Source: Phormidium sp. (GTDB lineage: Bacteria; Cyanobacteriota; Cyanobacteriia; Cyanobacteriales; Aerosakkonemataceae). From it: DNA of 64,000 bases. Below the pieces are notes generated by a model. It was not told where the DNA came from, did no database searches, and saw nothing but the letters and a program-made list of their open reading frames with translations. This document shows positions 19,964 through 31,400 of this stretch, one piece after another. The stretch is from contig CP143273.1 of NCBI GenBank assembly GCA_051013385.1, positions 1,024,001 to 1,088,000 on the forward strand, given 5' to 3'. How positions within the stretch are numbered: the first letter of the stretch is position 1; each line of letters begins with the position of its first letter. Position numbers and translations under genes: made by a program.

Positions 19964-21286
19964 CTAAGAAGACAAAAGCGGTAATGTAATGATAAATTCA
20001 GTTCCTTCTCCAAACACCGAATTAAAAGTTAAATATCCCTGATGATTATCTTCAATAATCTGACGCGAAATTGACAACCCTAATCCCGTTCCTTTCCCTA
20101 CAGCTTTAGTGGTAAATAAGTATTCAAAAATTTTCTTTTGCACTGCTGGTTCAATACCAATTCCATTATCTCGAATGATGATTTTTACAATTTGCTCATT
20201 TTGAATGTATTCAGTGTTAATTGTGATTGTGTGATTTTGTACTTTCTTTTCTCCCAAATGTTCTTTAGTGCTTAATTCTTCTAAAGCTTCGATCGCATTC
20301 ACAATTAAATTCATAAAAACTTGATTTAATTGACTGGGGTAGCACTCTATTTCAGGTAGATTACCATAATTTTTTACTACTTCAATTGCTGGACGTTTAT
20401 CATTAGCCTTTAATCGGTATTTAAGAATTAACAAAGTGCTATCAATTCCTTCATGAATATTGCACCGAACTTTGTTATTTGAATCTGCACGAGAAAAGAT
20501 CCGCATTGATTGGCTAATATCAGCAATACGTTTGGTTCCTGATTGCATAGAATCAATTAGTTGAGGCAAATCTTCTACCAAGTAATCAAGTTCAATATTG
20601 GTAATTTCTTCTGCAATTTCTAGAACCGGATTGGGATAATTTCTTTGATAAAGATTAATTAAATTCATTAGGTCTTCTGTGTATTGCCGAATATGTTGCA
20701 AATTTCCCGAAATAAACCCAACTGGATTATTAATTTCGTGAGCGATTCCCGCTACTAATTGCCCCAAAGAAGACATTTTTTCACTTATAATTAGTTGGGA
20801 TTGAGCTTTTTTAAGTTCTAAAGTTCTTTCCTCAACTTTATGTTCTAGCAACTCATTCATTTGACTTAACTGTTGATTTTTATCAGCTAACTCTTTGGTT
20901 AAACTACGCAGTTTAAGATGTAAATTAATCCGGGCTAAAACCTCTTCTTGTTGGAAAGGTTTAGTAATGTAATCTACTGCACCTAAAGAAAGACCTTTAA
21001 CTTTATTTTCTGTATCCGCTAAGGCTGTCATAAAGATGATTGGGACATCTCTATTACTAGGATTTTTTTTAATTCGTTCGCAAGTTTCAAAGCCATTGAT
21101 TCCTGGCATCATTACATCTAGTAAGATTAAATCGGGAGTAATTTCTTCTAATTTAGTGAGAGCATTTTCCCCATTTTTGGCAATTAAAACCTTAAATCCA
21201 TAATTTTTTAAAAAATCGAAAAGCACTTTTATGTTAGTAGGGTTATCATCAACGATCAGCAATTTATGTGGTTCAATAGTCATCAT
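19964..21286 (-). CDS. REC-HisKA-HATPase hybrid kinase
   Basis: N-terminal REC (LIVDD…DVMMPG), AHEINNP, GKGTGLGL; start placed at the MM codons (21286/21283) rather than the overlapping 21310. Confidence 0.9.
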   Translation of the reverse strand: MMTIEPHKLLIVDDNPTNIKVLFDFLKNYGFKVLIAKNGENALTKLEEITPDLILLDVMMPGINGFETCERIKKNPSNRDVPIIFMTALADTENKVKGLSLGAVDYITKPFQQEEVLARINLHLKLRSLTKELADKNQQLSQMNELLEHKVEERTLELKKAQSQLIISEKMSSLGQLVAGIAHEINNPVGFISGNLQHIRQYTEDLMNLINLYQRNYPNPVLEIAEEITNIELDYLVEDLPQLIDSMQSGTKRIADISQSMRIFSRADSNNKVRCNIHEGIDSTLLILKYRLKANDKRPAIEVVKNYGNLPEIECYPSQLNQVFMNLIVNAIEALEELSTKEHLGEKKVQNHTITINTEYIQNEQIVKIIIRDNGIGIEPAVQKKIFEYLFTTKAVGKGTGLGLSISRQIIEDNHQGYLTFNSVFGEGTEFIITLPLLSS

Positions 21287-21290
21287 AGTT

Positions 21291-23156
21291 TTAGATTCTA
21301 ATGGGAACATACTTAGCTAAAAATTCAGTCGCTTCTTTACTAGGTAAAGGTTTAGAAAATAAAAAACCTTGACCAAATTCGCAGCCTAATTCTTGCAGTT
21401 TTTCTAACTGTTTTTTTGTCTCTATCCCTTCTGCTACTACATCCATACCTAAATTGTGAGCTAAAGAAATTATTGTTGATACAATTGTTATGCCTTCTAC
21501 CTTGTCATCTAAAAGATTTATGAAAGAGCGATCGATTTTCAGAGTTTCAGCCGGAAATGTATGCAATCGACTTAAGGAAGAATAGCCTGTTCCAAAATCG
21601 TCAACACAAATTTGAATGCCATAACTGTGAATTTGTTCTAAAATATGTTTGGCCGTACTAATCGCCTCCAAAAAAGCTGTTTCTGTAATTTCTATTTTAA
21701 TAACTCCTGGGTTTAATTTAGCTTGACAGTAAATTTCTTTAATTTGCTCCACTACCTCTTGCTTATGAAATTGTCGAGCTGAAAAATTAACATTTACAAC
21801 TAAAGGAAAATTAACTTTTACTGTGTTTTTCCATTCTTCTATTTGCTGACAAGCTATTTTTAATGACTGAAAATCGATCGCTTCAATTAGCCCCATTTCT
21901 TCTGCTACTGTAATAAAATCAGATGGTTCGAGAAAGCCTTTTTTTGGATGTTGCCAACGAATTAAAGCTTCAAAACCAACTATTCTCTCTGTTTTTAATG
22001 AGAAAATTGGTTGATAATAAAGACAAAATTCTTCTCTCTCTAAAGCTTCTTGCAGTTCAACTTCAATTTGCATCCGTTCTAAAGCTTGAAACTGCATTTG
22101 TGGAGTTAATATAGTATAGCAACCTTTCCCTGCTTGTTTGGCTTGATACATTGCTATATCTACATCTCTGAGAATATTACTTGGCTTTTCATAACCTACT
22201 ATTGACGGAATGATGCCAATACTACCACTAAGAGAAATTCTATAGTTATTAATTTTCAGTGGATTTTGCAAAAGTTTCAGGAGTGATTGAGCAAGCTCTG
22301 TTACTTCTGTCATTTTCCCAGGTTTTTTTAGAGTAATAAAAAATTCATCTCCTCCTAATCGAGCGATTTTTGCTTGACTTCCCAAGTGAGTTTGCAATCG
22401 ATTAGTTACGCATTTAAGTACTTCATCCCCGATTAAATGTCCAAAAGAGTCATTAATGCTTTTGAAGCCATCCAAGTCTAAAAAAAACACCGTGCAGTCA
22501 TTTTGGGGATTCAATTGATTCACTTTAATAATTCTGGTTAAATCTTCCACTAACCAAGTACGGTTGAATAGACCTGTTAGCATATCATGAGAGGCTTCAT
22601 AACTGAGTTTTTCTTCCCTTATTTGCAACTCTTTTAAAGCTTTTTCTAGTTCTTGAGTGCGTTGTGCGACTCGTTGTTCTAATTCCTGATTTAGTTGTTG
22701 TAATTTAGCTTCAGCTGCTTGACGTGCTGCTATTTCTTGGGTGAGGTGGGAATTTTTTATTTGCAGAGTAAGAGTTAAAGAGCGTAATTTTAAATGTAAA
22801 CGAACGCGACTGAGAAGTTCTTCTTGTTCAATAGGTTTGGTGATGTAATCTACTGCTCCTAAAGTTAGTCCTTTAACTTTATCTGTTACTTCGGAAAGAG
22901 CCGTCATAAAAATTATGGGAATGTCTTGGGTGGCTGGATTTAATTTCAAGCGGCGACAAACTTCAAAGCCATTAATTATTGGCATCATTACATCTAGTAG
23001 AATTAAATCCGGTGAAATTTGTTCTAGTTTTTTTAGTGCATCTTGACCGTTGTTTGCCACTAAAACCTTAAATCCTGATTGTTTGAGGAAACTAAATATT
23101 ACTTTAATATTATTTGGATTATCATCAACAATCAATATTAAGGATGGCTCGTGCAT
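21291..23156 (-). CDS. REC-GGDEF-EAL c-di-GMP cyclase/phosphodiesterase
   Basis: Intact GGDEF, EAL and DDFGTG; ORF track extends to 23201, MHEPS start preferred. Confidence 0.92.
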   Translation of the reverse strand: MHEPSLILIVDDNPNNIKVIFSFLKQSGFKVLVANNGQDALKKLEQISPDLILLDVMMPIINGFEVCRRLKLNPATQDIPIIFMTALSEVTDKVKGLTLGAVDYITKPIEQEELLSRVRLHLKLRSLTLTLQIKNSHLTQEIAARQAAEAKLQQLNQELEQRVAQRTQELEKALKELQIREEKLSYEASHDMLTGLFNRTWLVEDLTRIIKVNQLNPQNDCTVFFLDLDGFKSINDSFGHLIGDEVLKCVTNRLQTHLGSQAKIARLGGDEFFITLKKPGKMTEVTELAQSLLKLLQNPLKINNYRISLSGSIGIIPSIVGYEKPSNILRDVDIAMYQAKQAGKGCYTILTPQMQFQALERMQIEVELQEALEREEFCLYYQPIFSLKTERIVGFEALIRWQHPKKGFLEPSDFITVAEEMGLIEAIDFQSLKIACQQIEEWKNTVKVNFPLVVNVNFSARQFHKQEVVEQIKEIYCQAKLNPGVIKIEITETAFLEAISTAKHILEQIHSYGIQICVDDFGTGYSSLSRLHTFPAETLKIDRSFINLLDDKVEGITIVSTIISLAHNLGMDVVAEGIETKKQLEKLQELGCEFGQGFLFSKPLPSKEATEFLAKYVPIRI

Positions 23157-23316
23157 TTTTTTTACCTTTTTCAAGGAGTTTTGCTGAAAGATTTTCTTCA
23201 ATTAAATAATTAAATCTAAGTAATTTTACTACTAAATTCCTTGGTTTAGAGTATATTTTATTGAATGATTATATTTAAATATAACAGTTTTAGATTAATG
23301 ATAGATTAAGAACAAA

Positions 23317-26082
23317 TCAATAAGCTTTCGATTTACTGTGCTGCTCGAGCCATTGCAAAATTCCTGCATCATCGAATTCTTGTGCTAGTTCTAGGATGTG
23401 CTGACAGAAGGGAGTATACTGAGAGTTAAGTTTTTGGAGTCGCTCGGCTTCTTGTTCTATTTTTTCAATATCACCAATGCGGGCGGCGTGGTGCAAAGTT
23501 TCTAATTCCTGATCGGAAGGTACGAGAATTTTTGGAGTTAGTTTAGTTTGAGTTTTGGATTCTATGATATGGCGATCGATCACCCATTCTATTCCTAGAC
23601 TCACTCTTAATTTTTCTAAAAGGTCTGGTATTTGTATTGGTTTACTCAGAAATTCGTCACTACTGACAAGAAATTTTTGTTGTTTGTTTACACTAAAGGT
23701 GTTAGCAGACATGGCGATAATTGGAATTTTCTGCAATTCTGGCGTGTTTCTGATCTGTCGAATCATTTCAAAACCATCCATTTTTGGCATTACTAAATCA
23801 GTTAAAATTAGATCAGGTTTGGCGATCGCAGCTTGCTTTAATCCCTCAACTCCATCACTAGCTTCAATCAATTCAAAACCATAAGGTTTAAGTAAGTCAA
23901 CGACTAAACTACGGCTTTCGGTGCGATCGTCCACTACTAATAATTTCACCGACTTTTTACCTGTAAAACCAGCGATCGCTTCCGGCTTAAGAAGCTTAAC
24001 TGCTGTTATTTCTCCTCCCCCTAGTTCTAAATTTAAATCAAAATAGAATTTACTTCCTACACCCAATTCCGAAGAAACTTGTAATGTCGAACCCATCATT
24101 TGTAAAATCTTTTGACTAATCGCTAATCCTAAACCCGTTCCTTCTGCTTTCCGTTGATTTTCTCCTACTTGCTCAAAGGGCAAAAATATTTTATCTATTT
24201 GCTCTGGCAAAATTCCTAGCCCAGTATCTTCTACCTCAAAGTGAATTTTAGTAGTTGGTTTTTCTCCCATTTCTGCCAAACGATCGTCTACTACCATTAC
24301 TTTAAAAGTGACTGAACCTGTATCTGTAAATTTTATAGCATTGCTTAATAAATTTATTAACACTTGCCGCAGTCGCTTTTCATCAGTACGGACTTGCTGC
24401 GGTAAATCTGGTGAAAATTCACAGTAAAAAATTAAGTCCTTGGCTTCAGCTTTAATCCGACAAATTTCGGTTACACCTACTAGTAAGTTTGGTAAATATA
24501 AGTCGTGAACATAAATCTCTAACTTTCTGGCTTCAATTTTAGCTAAGTCTAATAAATCGTTAATCAGATTTAACAAATGGGAACCGCTTTCATAGATTAC
24601 GCTAATACCTTTGCGGTCTTCTCGACTTAAAGTTTTAGAACGTTCTAAAATTTGGGTATAACCTAAAATTCCATTCAAAGGGGTTCTCAATTCGTGACTC
24701 ATGGAAGCGAGAAATTCACTTTTGGCTTGATTGGCTGCGTCCGCTTCTTCTTTAGCTAATTTCAATTCTTCAGTTCTTTCTTTAACTTTTAATTCTAAGT
24801 TTTGGGAATATTGAGCTAGTTCTTCCTTGGCTTTAGCTAACTGGTGGTTGGTTTTTTTTAACTGCCATTGGTTGTAGTAATTATTGGTTAAAATTGCTGA
24901 AATAGTAATAGCTAAAAAGGGAGAAAAAACTGGGATTACCCAACCTTGTAAAAAGGCTATGTAGCTGATTCCCAAAACTGACGTTCCGGCAACAGTGACA
25001 CTAAAAATTGTACTGATAAAAAAACTATTACTCCCGAAAAATTTCCGGTGCAAAATGCTCCAAGTCCCGGCAGAGCTAACTATAGAACAGAGTACAATCC
25101 ATAGTTGATTCAGGATTTTATTCGCAGGTTGTAGGTTGTTGCGTCCTTCTAAGGCGGCGCTAATAATTTGACTGCTCAGGTTAGCATGAATAACTACACC
25201 TGGTGTAAAGTCGGTTTTACCAAAAATAGCATTGCTGTAAGGTGTTTGGACAATATCGTTAAGGCTAGCAGCTGTAGCACCAATTAATACGATCCGATCG
25301 CGCATTAAATTCGCTGGAATCTGATTATTTAATACCTCTTCCATTGATATATTTAGAAAGTGATTTAGCTGCCCTCGGTAATTAAGTAAAATTTGATATC
25401 CTCCGCTATCTTTGGCAACATAACCTCCTTCATCTCCTTGCAATGGCAAAAAAACACCTCGACCTAAACCAAATTTTTTCTGTTTTTCATCGAGCAGTTT
25501 TAGTTCTATACCTTTTCGTTTCAGGTAATCTAGTGCCACCCTTACTCCTAGTCCTTGTTTTGCTTGACCTGAAGCAGAACGGACTGATAATAAACCTCGC
25601 CGCACTTTGCCATCGCTATCGATTAGTATATCGGCGGCTCCTACTTGATTTCGTTTGGCTAAAACTGGCGGTGGGGCGATCGCTTCTGGCAAAACTTTTT
25701 CTAATCCGAGCAGATTGGGCGTAGATTTATACAAATCAATTAATTCTTGATGTCCCGGTTCTACTGGCAGATCGCGATATAAATCTAAGCCTATTACCGC
25801 TGGTTTTTGTGCTTTGATATTTTTGAGTACTTGGGTTAGTTGCCGATCGGACATCGGCCATCGCCCTACCGCTTTTATATCAGATTCTCCCACAGTGACA
25901 ATTACAATCCGATCCTCGGATGGGTCGGCTGGACGTAACCAAAAAAATTGGTCGAGCGTTACCCATTCAAACAGTTGAAAAGCTCCTGTAGTGCTGCTGA
26001 TGATAATTATTCCAGCCACACTCACAGCAATGACCAGAACTTCTCGCCACTCCTGCATCCAATTTTTTATTTGAAGCTTCAT
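23317..26082 (-). CDS. CHASE2 hybrid sensor histidine kinase
   Basis: CHASE2 motifs ([32 protein letters not shown]), 3 [14 protein letters not shown]. Confidence 0.93.
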   Translation of the reverse strand: MKLQIKNWMQEWREVLVIAVSVAGIIIISSTTGAFQLFEWVTLDQFFWLRPADPSEDRIVIVTVGESDIKAVGRWPMSDRQLTQVLKNIKAQKPAVIGLDLYRDLPVEPGHQELIDLYKSTPNLLGLEKVLPEAIAPPPVLAKRNQVGAADILIDSDGKVRRGLLSVRSASGQAKQGLGVRVALDYLKRKGIELKLLDEKQKKFGLGRGVFLPLQGDEGGYVAKDSGGYQILLNYRGQLNHFLNISMEEVLNNQIPANLMRDRIVLIGATAASLNDIVQTPYSNAIFGKTDFTPGVVIHANLSSQIISAALEGRNNLQPANKILNQLWIVLCSIVSSAGTWSILHRKFFGSNSFFISTIFSVTVAGTSVLGISYIAFLQGWVIPVFSPFLAITISAILTNNYYNQWQLKKTNHQLAKAKEELAQYSQNLELKVKERTEELKLAKEEADAANQAKSEFLASMSHELRTPLNGILGYTQILERSKTLSREDRKGISVIYESGSHLLNLINDLLDLAKIEARKLEIYVHDLYLPNLLVGVTEICRIKAEAKDLIFYCEFSPDLPQQVRTDEKRLRQVLINLLSNAIKFTDTGSVTFKVMVVDDRLAEMGEKPTTKIHFEVEDTGLGILPEQIDKIFLPFEQVGENQRKAEGTGLGLAISQKILQMMGSTLQVSSELGVGSKFYFDLNLELGGGEITAVKLLKPEAIAGFTGKKSVKLLVVDDRTESRSLVVDLLKPYGFELIEASDGVEGLKQAAIAKPDLILTDLVMPKMDGFEMIRQIRNTPELQKIPIIAMSANTFSVNKQQKFLVSSDEFLSKPIQIPDLLEKLRVSLGIEWVIDRHIIESKTQTKLTPKILVPSDQELETLHHAARIGDIEKIEQEAERLQKLNSQYTPFCQHILELAQEFDDAGILQWLEQHSKSKAY

Positions 26083-26085
26083 TAA

Positions 26086-26658
26086 CTACAACTGTTCTGT
26101 TAAAGATTCTTGTGCCAGATGCTCTAATCCTACTTGCTTTAATAAATCAGCCCACTCTTTCTTCAACAAGAGATTTTCTGGTTGAGTCAAGCGAGCTTGA
26201 TTCAAGATATTGAGTGTATCATACCAAATTCCTGATTTGGCATACAAAGCTGCTAGTGCGATCGCTCTTTGGGACTCCCCAGGGTTTTTTCCTTTCAAAG
26301 TTTCCGGTGTTACTGGAGCAGAAACCCGCTTTACCCATCCTGAAATACTGTAAGCATCTGGACGTAAAATTTCCCCTGGTTTTAGCAAAATCACCAACCA
26401 TTGGTAGGGTTTATTCGGAGCTTTATCATCGCTAGGCATAAAGTTGATATTACCGCGAGAACCTCCCCCCAATGTGCGACGAGGAACTTCGCTACCAGAC
26501 GGTTGGAACTCAATATTAACTGATACAGGAGTATTGTTATTAGCTGGTTCTACAGCCCAACTGAATGTAGCTGCCATAACAATTAATGAGGCAAGGGCCA
26601 CTAAACTTAATTGGTACTTTATTATTGTGCCTTTTCTGTTCTTTTTTCGATTCCGCAT
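26086..26658 (-). CDS. DUF928-family protein, apparently internally deleted
   Basis: RRTLGGGSRG N-motif, YQW…GWVKRV, YAKSGIWYDTL, WADLLKQVGL; central segment absent; next to CHASE2 gene. Confidence 0.75.
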   Translation of the reverse strand: MRNRKKNRKGTIIKYQLSLVALASLIVMAATFSWAVEPANNNTPVSVNIEFQPSGSEVPRRTLGGGSRGNINFMPSDDKAPNKPYQWLVILLKPGEILRPDAYSISGWVKRVSAPVTPETLKGKNPGESQRAIALAALYAKSGIWYDTLNILNQARLTQPENLLLKKEWADLLKQVGLEHLAQESLTEQL

Positions 26659-26863
26659 AAACCAATTTTTCTCTCTTGTTAGATTTGAAATTTTATCAGA
26701 TATTTTAGCCTTTTATTACGATTTTTTGTCACTATTTTAGGGAATTTTAATCAAAAGAATTAATTTTTATTAGCTTTTAAAGAATCTTGAAATAGTAAAT
26801 TTACTCTCCGAGTTTTCTCGGTTTTTTTATTAACCTCATCTTAAACTTTTTTACTTAAAAAAT

Positions 26864-27036
26864 GGTTCTTCCGTACTTAATGTGCTAAATTATTAGGGAA
26901 GAGTGAAGAGATATAGGAAATGAAGAATAGCTTATTAACTAAGTTGCTAAATTTACCAGGAGTTATAGTAGAGTCGAACCAAGAAACAGAAGATACATTA
27001 ATTTTATTTGTCAAATCAGAAAAGAAAACAGCAGAG
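26864..27036 (+). pseudogene. ISL3-family left end plus transposase N-terminal fragment
   Basis: IR ggttcttccgtacttaatgtgctaaatt nearly identical to 8228; ATG 26920 MKNSLLTKLLNLPGVIVESNQETEDTLILFVKSEKKTAE, then truncated. Confidence 0.75.
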
Positions 27037-27158
27037 CCGATGTATTACACAAAAATGATTTTGTCAAGGTCAATGTTGCCGATAATTGACTGATCCACAC
27101 TGATCTTTTCAGGCTTCATTGTTATTGGACAAACTGAGAATGAAATGAGGACAAGATA

Positions 27159-27282
27159 CAATACCGCTCGGGTTTTGAGTAGGGGCGAAGCATTCGGGCA
27201 ACAATTTATGACTCAAACCCTAGATTTTCTGCCCGAATGCTTCGCCCCTACAAAGGGGAAAATCGTTAACCGAGCAGTATTG
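27159..27282 (-). mobile_element. MITE family A copy 4 (no internal insertion)
   Basis: TIR caataccgctcgg / ccgagcagtattg; perfect 10-bp duplication ggacaagata (27149-27158, 27283-27292). Confidence 0.88.
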
Positions 27283-27339
27283 GGACAAGATAAATCTTGC
27301 CTAAAGATTGCAAAGTAAAAAATTAAGAGCGTAACTGTG

Positions 27340-28371
27340 ATGGTATTACAAAGCGTAAAGCCGATCGGGAAAATAAATGCAGATAGTTTAATCCCTTTTG
27401 AAATCGCCTTCAAGATTGCTGATACAGCCGTATTTGCTCAAACAGCCAGACATTTAAAAAATATTGAAGTGGCTGTTTTGCGAGGTGCTTTGCAGGGGCA
27501 CAAATACGACCAGATTGCACAGGAATATAGCTATGCTCCTGAGTATATCAAGCATGATGTCGGGCCTAAGCTGTGGCAAATGCTCTCCTCTAGCTTGGGT
27601 GAAAAAGTTAGTAAAACGAACTTGATGGCAGTTTTGGCGCAACGGGCAGATTGGGTAAGGCAAAGTGTGCAGGAGCGGGAGAGAAAACAGGAGAAAGTTG
27701 CCGAAAAAGGAAACAAGGAAGAGGCGATTCAGGAACAGGAAAAAAATCTCCAATCTTTTAGCCTTGCAGCCTGTAGAACTATTCATCTAAAATCCTTAGA
27801 GCCTCCTGTTGGGGTGCTACCTCTGGACTCTGCGCTCTATGTGGAACGTCCTCCAGTTGAGAGTCAGTGCTATGAAGCAGTAATGCGATCGGGTACACTC
27901 ATTCGGATTCATGCACCCAGTCAGATGGGGAAAACCTCTTTGATGATAAGCATTCTGGCTCATGCAAAACAACAGGATGCTAATGTGCAGACAGTAGCAT
28001 TAAATTTGCAGAGAACCGAAAAGACTATTTTTACAAATAGCGATCGCTTTTTGCGCTGGTTTTGTGCCGCCGTCACCCGTAAACTTCAGTTACCGTATCA
28101 GGTCGATCGATACTGGAATAATACATTGAACAGCCAAGAAAACTGCACAAGCTATTTTGAAAAGTGCATATTACCAGAAATCAATGGGGTTTTAGTTTTG
28201 GCATTAGATCAAATGGATGAGATCTTGTGTCACCCCAAAATAGCTGATGATTTCTTTAGATTACTCAACTCCTGGTATGAAGAAAGAGGTAATCAGCAGT
28301 GGAAAAAGTTACGGTTGATTATTGTCCACTCTTCTGATGCTGATACCATTTCTCTGGAACAATGCGCTTAA
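27340..28371 (+). CDS. N-terminal HTH + AAA-like (AAA_35-type) NTPase, probably C-terminally truncated
   Basis: HLKNIEVAVLRG…YDQIA…GPKLWQMLS HTH; YVERPPVE, APSQMGKTS, LALDQMD; ends shortly after LRLIIVHS. Confidence 0.75.
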   Translation: MVLQSVKPIGKINADSLIPFEIAFKIADTAVFAQTARHLKNIEVAVLRGALQGHKYDQIAQEYSYAPEYIKHDVGPKLWQMLSSSLGEKVSKTNLMAVLAQRADWVRQSVQERERKQEKVAEKGNKEEAIQEQEKNLQSFSLAACRTIHLKSLEPPVGVLPLDSALYVERPPVESQCYEAVMRSGTLIRIHAPSQMGKTSLMISILAHAKQQDANVQTVALNLQRTEKTIFTNSDRFLRWFCAAVTRKLQLPYQVDRYWNNTLNSQENCTSYFEKCILPEINGVLVLALDQMDEILCHPKIADDFFRLLNSWYEERGNQQWKKLRLIIVHSSDADTISLEQCA

Positions 28372-28436
28372 TACTTCCTGCAAGACTACTATATCTAACA
28401 AGGATTTCAGGGTAAATAATTACAAAATAAAGTTAA

Positions 28437-31400
28437 TTAATTCGAATTAGGTGGTAATTCAATGGGTGATAAGACATTTGGACTTACAGACGATGGCGAG
28501 TCCGAACTTGGTGAAGCCGTTTCTGAGCTATTTTCTCTAGGTGCTGTTTCTGGAGGGGGAGGGGTGGCTTTTTTTGGCAAGGCTATCTGGGGTTTACTTA
28601 ACTGATTTGGTTCAGATGTTTCAATGACAACGGACTGTGTTTTTTGCTCACCTGCTTTATTAGTTACTTTTAAGGTAATTGTCACACTACTTGGAGGTTT
28701 ACTAAGAGTGTAGTTCTTCACACCTTGGGGTTTTTGCACTTCTCCAAAAGGTAGCAGTTCTACCTTAATATCTTCACCATCTTCTACTTTCCAAGACAAT
28801 ACAATATCTGATGGTTTTCTTTCTTTGTTTAATTCATAAATATATTTCTGTTTTTCAGTTATATCCTGACCGTTGACCCTAAAATAAACAATATTGATGG
28901 GTGTAGGAGGAATTGGTTTTACTTTAATAGTTGCAGTATTTGTAGTAATTTCCGGTTCCCCTGAACCTTGCTTAGGAACTACGGTCAGTTTAAAAACATA
29001 ATCACCAGCTTGTTGAGCGCCTGTGGGTACATTCTGACAGAGGAGATTAGTTGTCACTATACAGAACTTTTGCAATTGGGGTGGCAAAGAGTTATTAATA
29101 ATGATATAACGCTTTAATGGGCTAATGACAGAACCATCAGGAGCTAAACCTAGCAGTTTTAATTCTTTGATTTGCCTAAGGTTACTAATTTCCCAATTGA
29201 GGGAGATTTCCTCATTTTTAGCTGTTTCATAAAATGGTTTAGTGGAAGCAATTTGGGTAATCCTGGGTACGGGTAATGGTTTAATCGTAATGGTATCAGT
29301 TTCTTTAAAGTCTGAAGGTTGATTTGGCTCTTGGTTAGAAATCACTTCTAATTTATAAGTATAATTTCCGGCTTTTGCTGGAAATAGACGGACGTTATCA
29401 CAAATTAAAAGGTCTAAATTATTTGGTAAAACAGTGGTTGAGGGAATTTGTGGTGTGAATGACTGAGTTCTACATTGTTGAGGTAGAAGTGTGTTTTTCA
29501 CAATTGTACCATCACTTCCCTGTTGCACAACCCTTAATTCTTTAATTTGGTTTGGGTGATTAATTCTCCAGCTTAAAAAGACTGGCTCTCGGTATTCATA
29601 TACACTTTTATTAGATAAAATCTGACCCATTAATTTTGGCACGGGTACAGGTTGAATGGTAATGGTATCAGTTTGTTTTGTGTCTACAGCTTGTTTGGGA
29701 CTCTCCTTAGAAAAAACTTCCAGTTTGAAAGTATATTTTCCAGCTTTTGTAAGATTTGTGGGTATACTTTGACAAACTAAAACATCTTGATTATTTATTT
29801 TTTCGATTGGCGCAGTATTATAATTTGATTTTACCCCTGTTTTTGGGAATTCTTGAGGGATACATTGAATATAAGTTTTTTGATTCAGCGAGCCATCGCT
29901 TCCCTGCTGAGTAATGATTATATGTTGTACTTGTTCAGGATTGCTAATTTTCCAATTCAGGAACACCTGTTCTTTAAGTACTTCTTGATAGCTCAATTTA
30001 CTAGGAAAAAATTCAAAAATTTTCGGTATAGGAATCGGAGGGGCTGGTTTAATTACGATCGTATCTGTATCTTTGGAGTCTACAGGTTTATTACGATCGA
30101 ACGAATATAATTCTACTTTAAAAGTGTAATCACCTGCTTTATTGATTTCTGTTGGTAAGTTTGCACAGTTAAGCCTATCATTTTGCTGTTGACACCAATT
30201 TAACATCTGATTATAGTCATAACTAATAATTTTGCCTAAACCTTCACGAGTTTGAGGAATAATCTTGACAGATGATAGTTTGCGAATGTTTCTAAATCGC
30301 CAATTTATCAGTTCCCATCTATACAGGTGTTCAATTGATAAGTTTAAAGTTACAGGTTTTCCGTCAGTTTCTTGATAAACTTTTTGGATTGGCTCAAGTT
30401 TATCAATTTTTGGGTTGATAAAAGTCTTTTGCCAGAAGAGAAATGCGCCTACAGAAATTAATCCTAAAGCTAGCAATAATAACAATATAATTGGTAGCCA
30501 AACTTGCCACCAAGGGCGAGGTTCCCAGATTAAAGTACCCTGAGTTAAGTCTTTTGGGAGTGCTGGTGGTTTATCAGGTTTAAATTTGTTTTCTAGCTCA
30601 ATATCAAAATTAAATTCTAACCCTTTTCCCCATAAGGGACGATGCCACCATTTGCGAGGTTTTACTCTTAAAGGAACAGTAGTATTATGCCCTGGCAAAA
30701 TAGGTTCGGGAGAGGATTCAGGGGTATAACTAAAAAGATTTTGGCGATCGCTGGCTAAAATTTCCAGGTCACGAATAATGTTTCCTTGATTAATTAATTT
30801 TACATCAAACACTCCAGTTTGACTGGGAAATCTCAGAAATTGTGGAGATAATTCTATATCTAAAGTTTCGTGAGGCAGAAGTTGCAGATAAACTACATCT
30901 AACAACATTAACTCGTCTTTGTTGCTAGATATTAAGCGGATGGTAGGAAAATAATTACCAGCAGGAGTATAGCGGGGTGGGTGAAAAATTAAGGTGATTT
31001 CTCCGGTAGTATTTGGATTAAGCTCTAAGCCATCAGTTTCTTTAACAAGTCCAGAGGTTTCTAAACGGCTTTCTGGATAGCGAACTGTAAACCAATCATT
31101 TGTTAGTTCTGGGCAATTTAAGTAAAAGCGATCGACTCTTTTAGACCGATTTTCGACTATAACTTTTAGTTCTAATTTTTCTCCAGCTTGAATTGGATGA
31201 GGATTGGCAGAACTAGTTAATGGTTGTAATATAAATCCTGGTTCATTACTCCATTCAGCATCTCTTTCTGAACGGAGGACTCGAAGTTGTTGAGGACGAC
31301 GAAAGATTTTATCAGGATATTGAATTGGTGCTTCAATTAAAAGCTCATAGTTATATAAATCTGGTATTGCTTGGGCGGGAACTTCAAAATATAAAATGAT

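Noticed and set aside
8228..27036. ISL3 halves at 8228-8439 and 26864-27036 as one element split by an 18.6-kb inversion
   Set aside because: Orientation is compatible, but the outer flanks (aattaact vs atttttta) show no target duplication and most of the transposase is missing; independent remnants are equally likely
27037..27150. ccgatgtattacac… segment that truncates the ISL3 fragment, possibly another IS end
   Set aside because: No partner inverted repeat or second copy in the window; cannot be supported
27213..27413. 66-aa minus-strand ORF
   Set aside because: Runs through MITE copy 4 and antisense to the HTH-AAA gene
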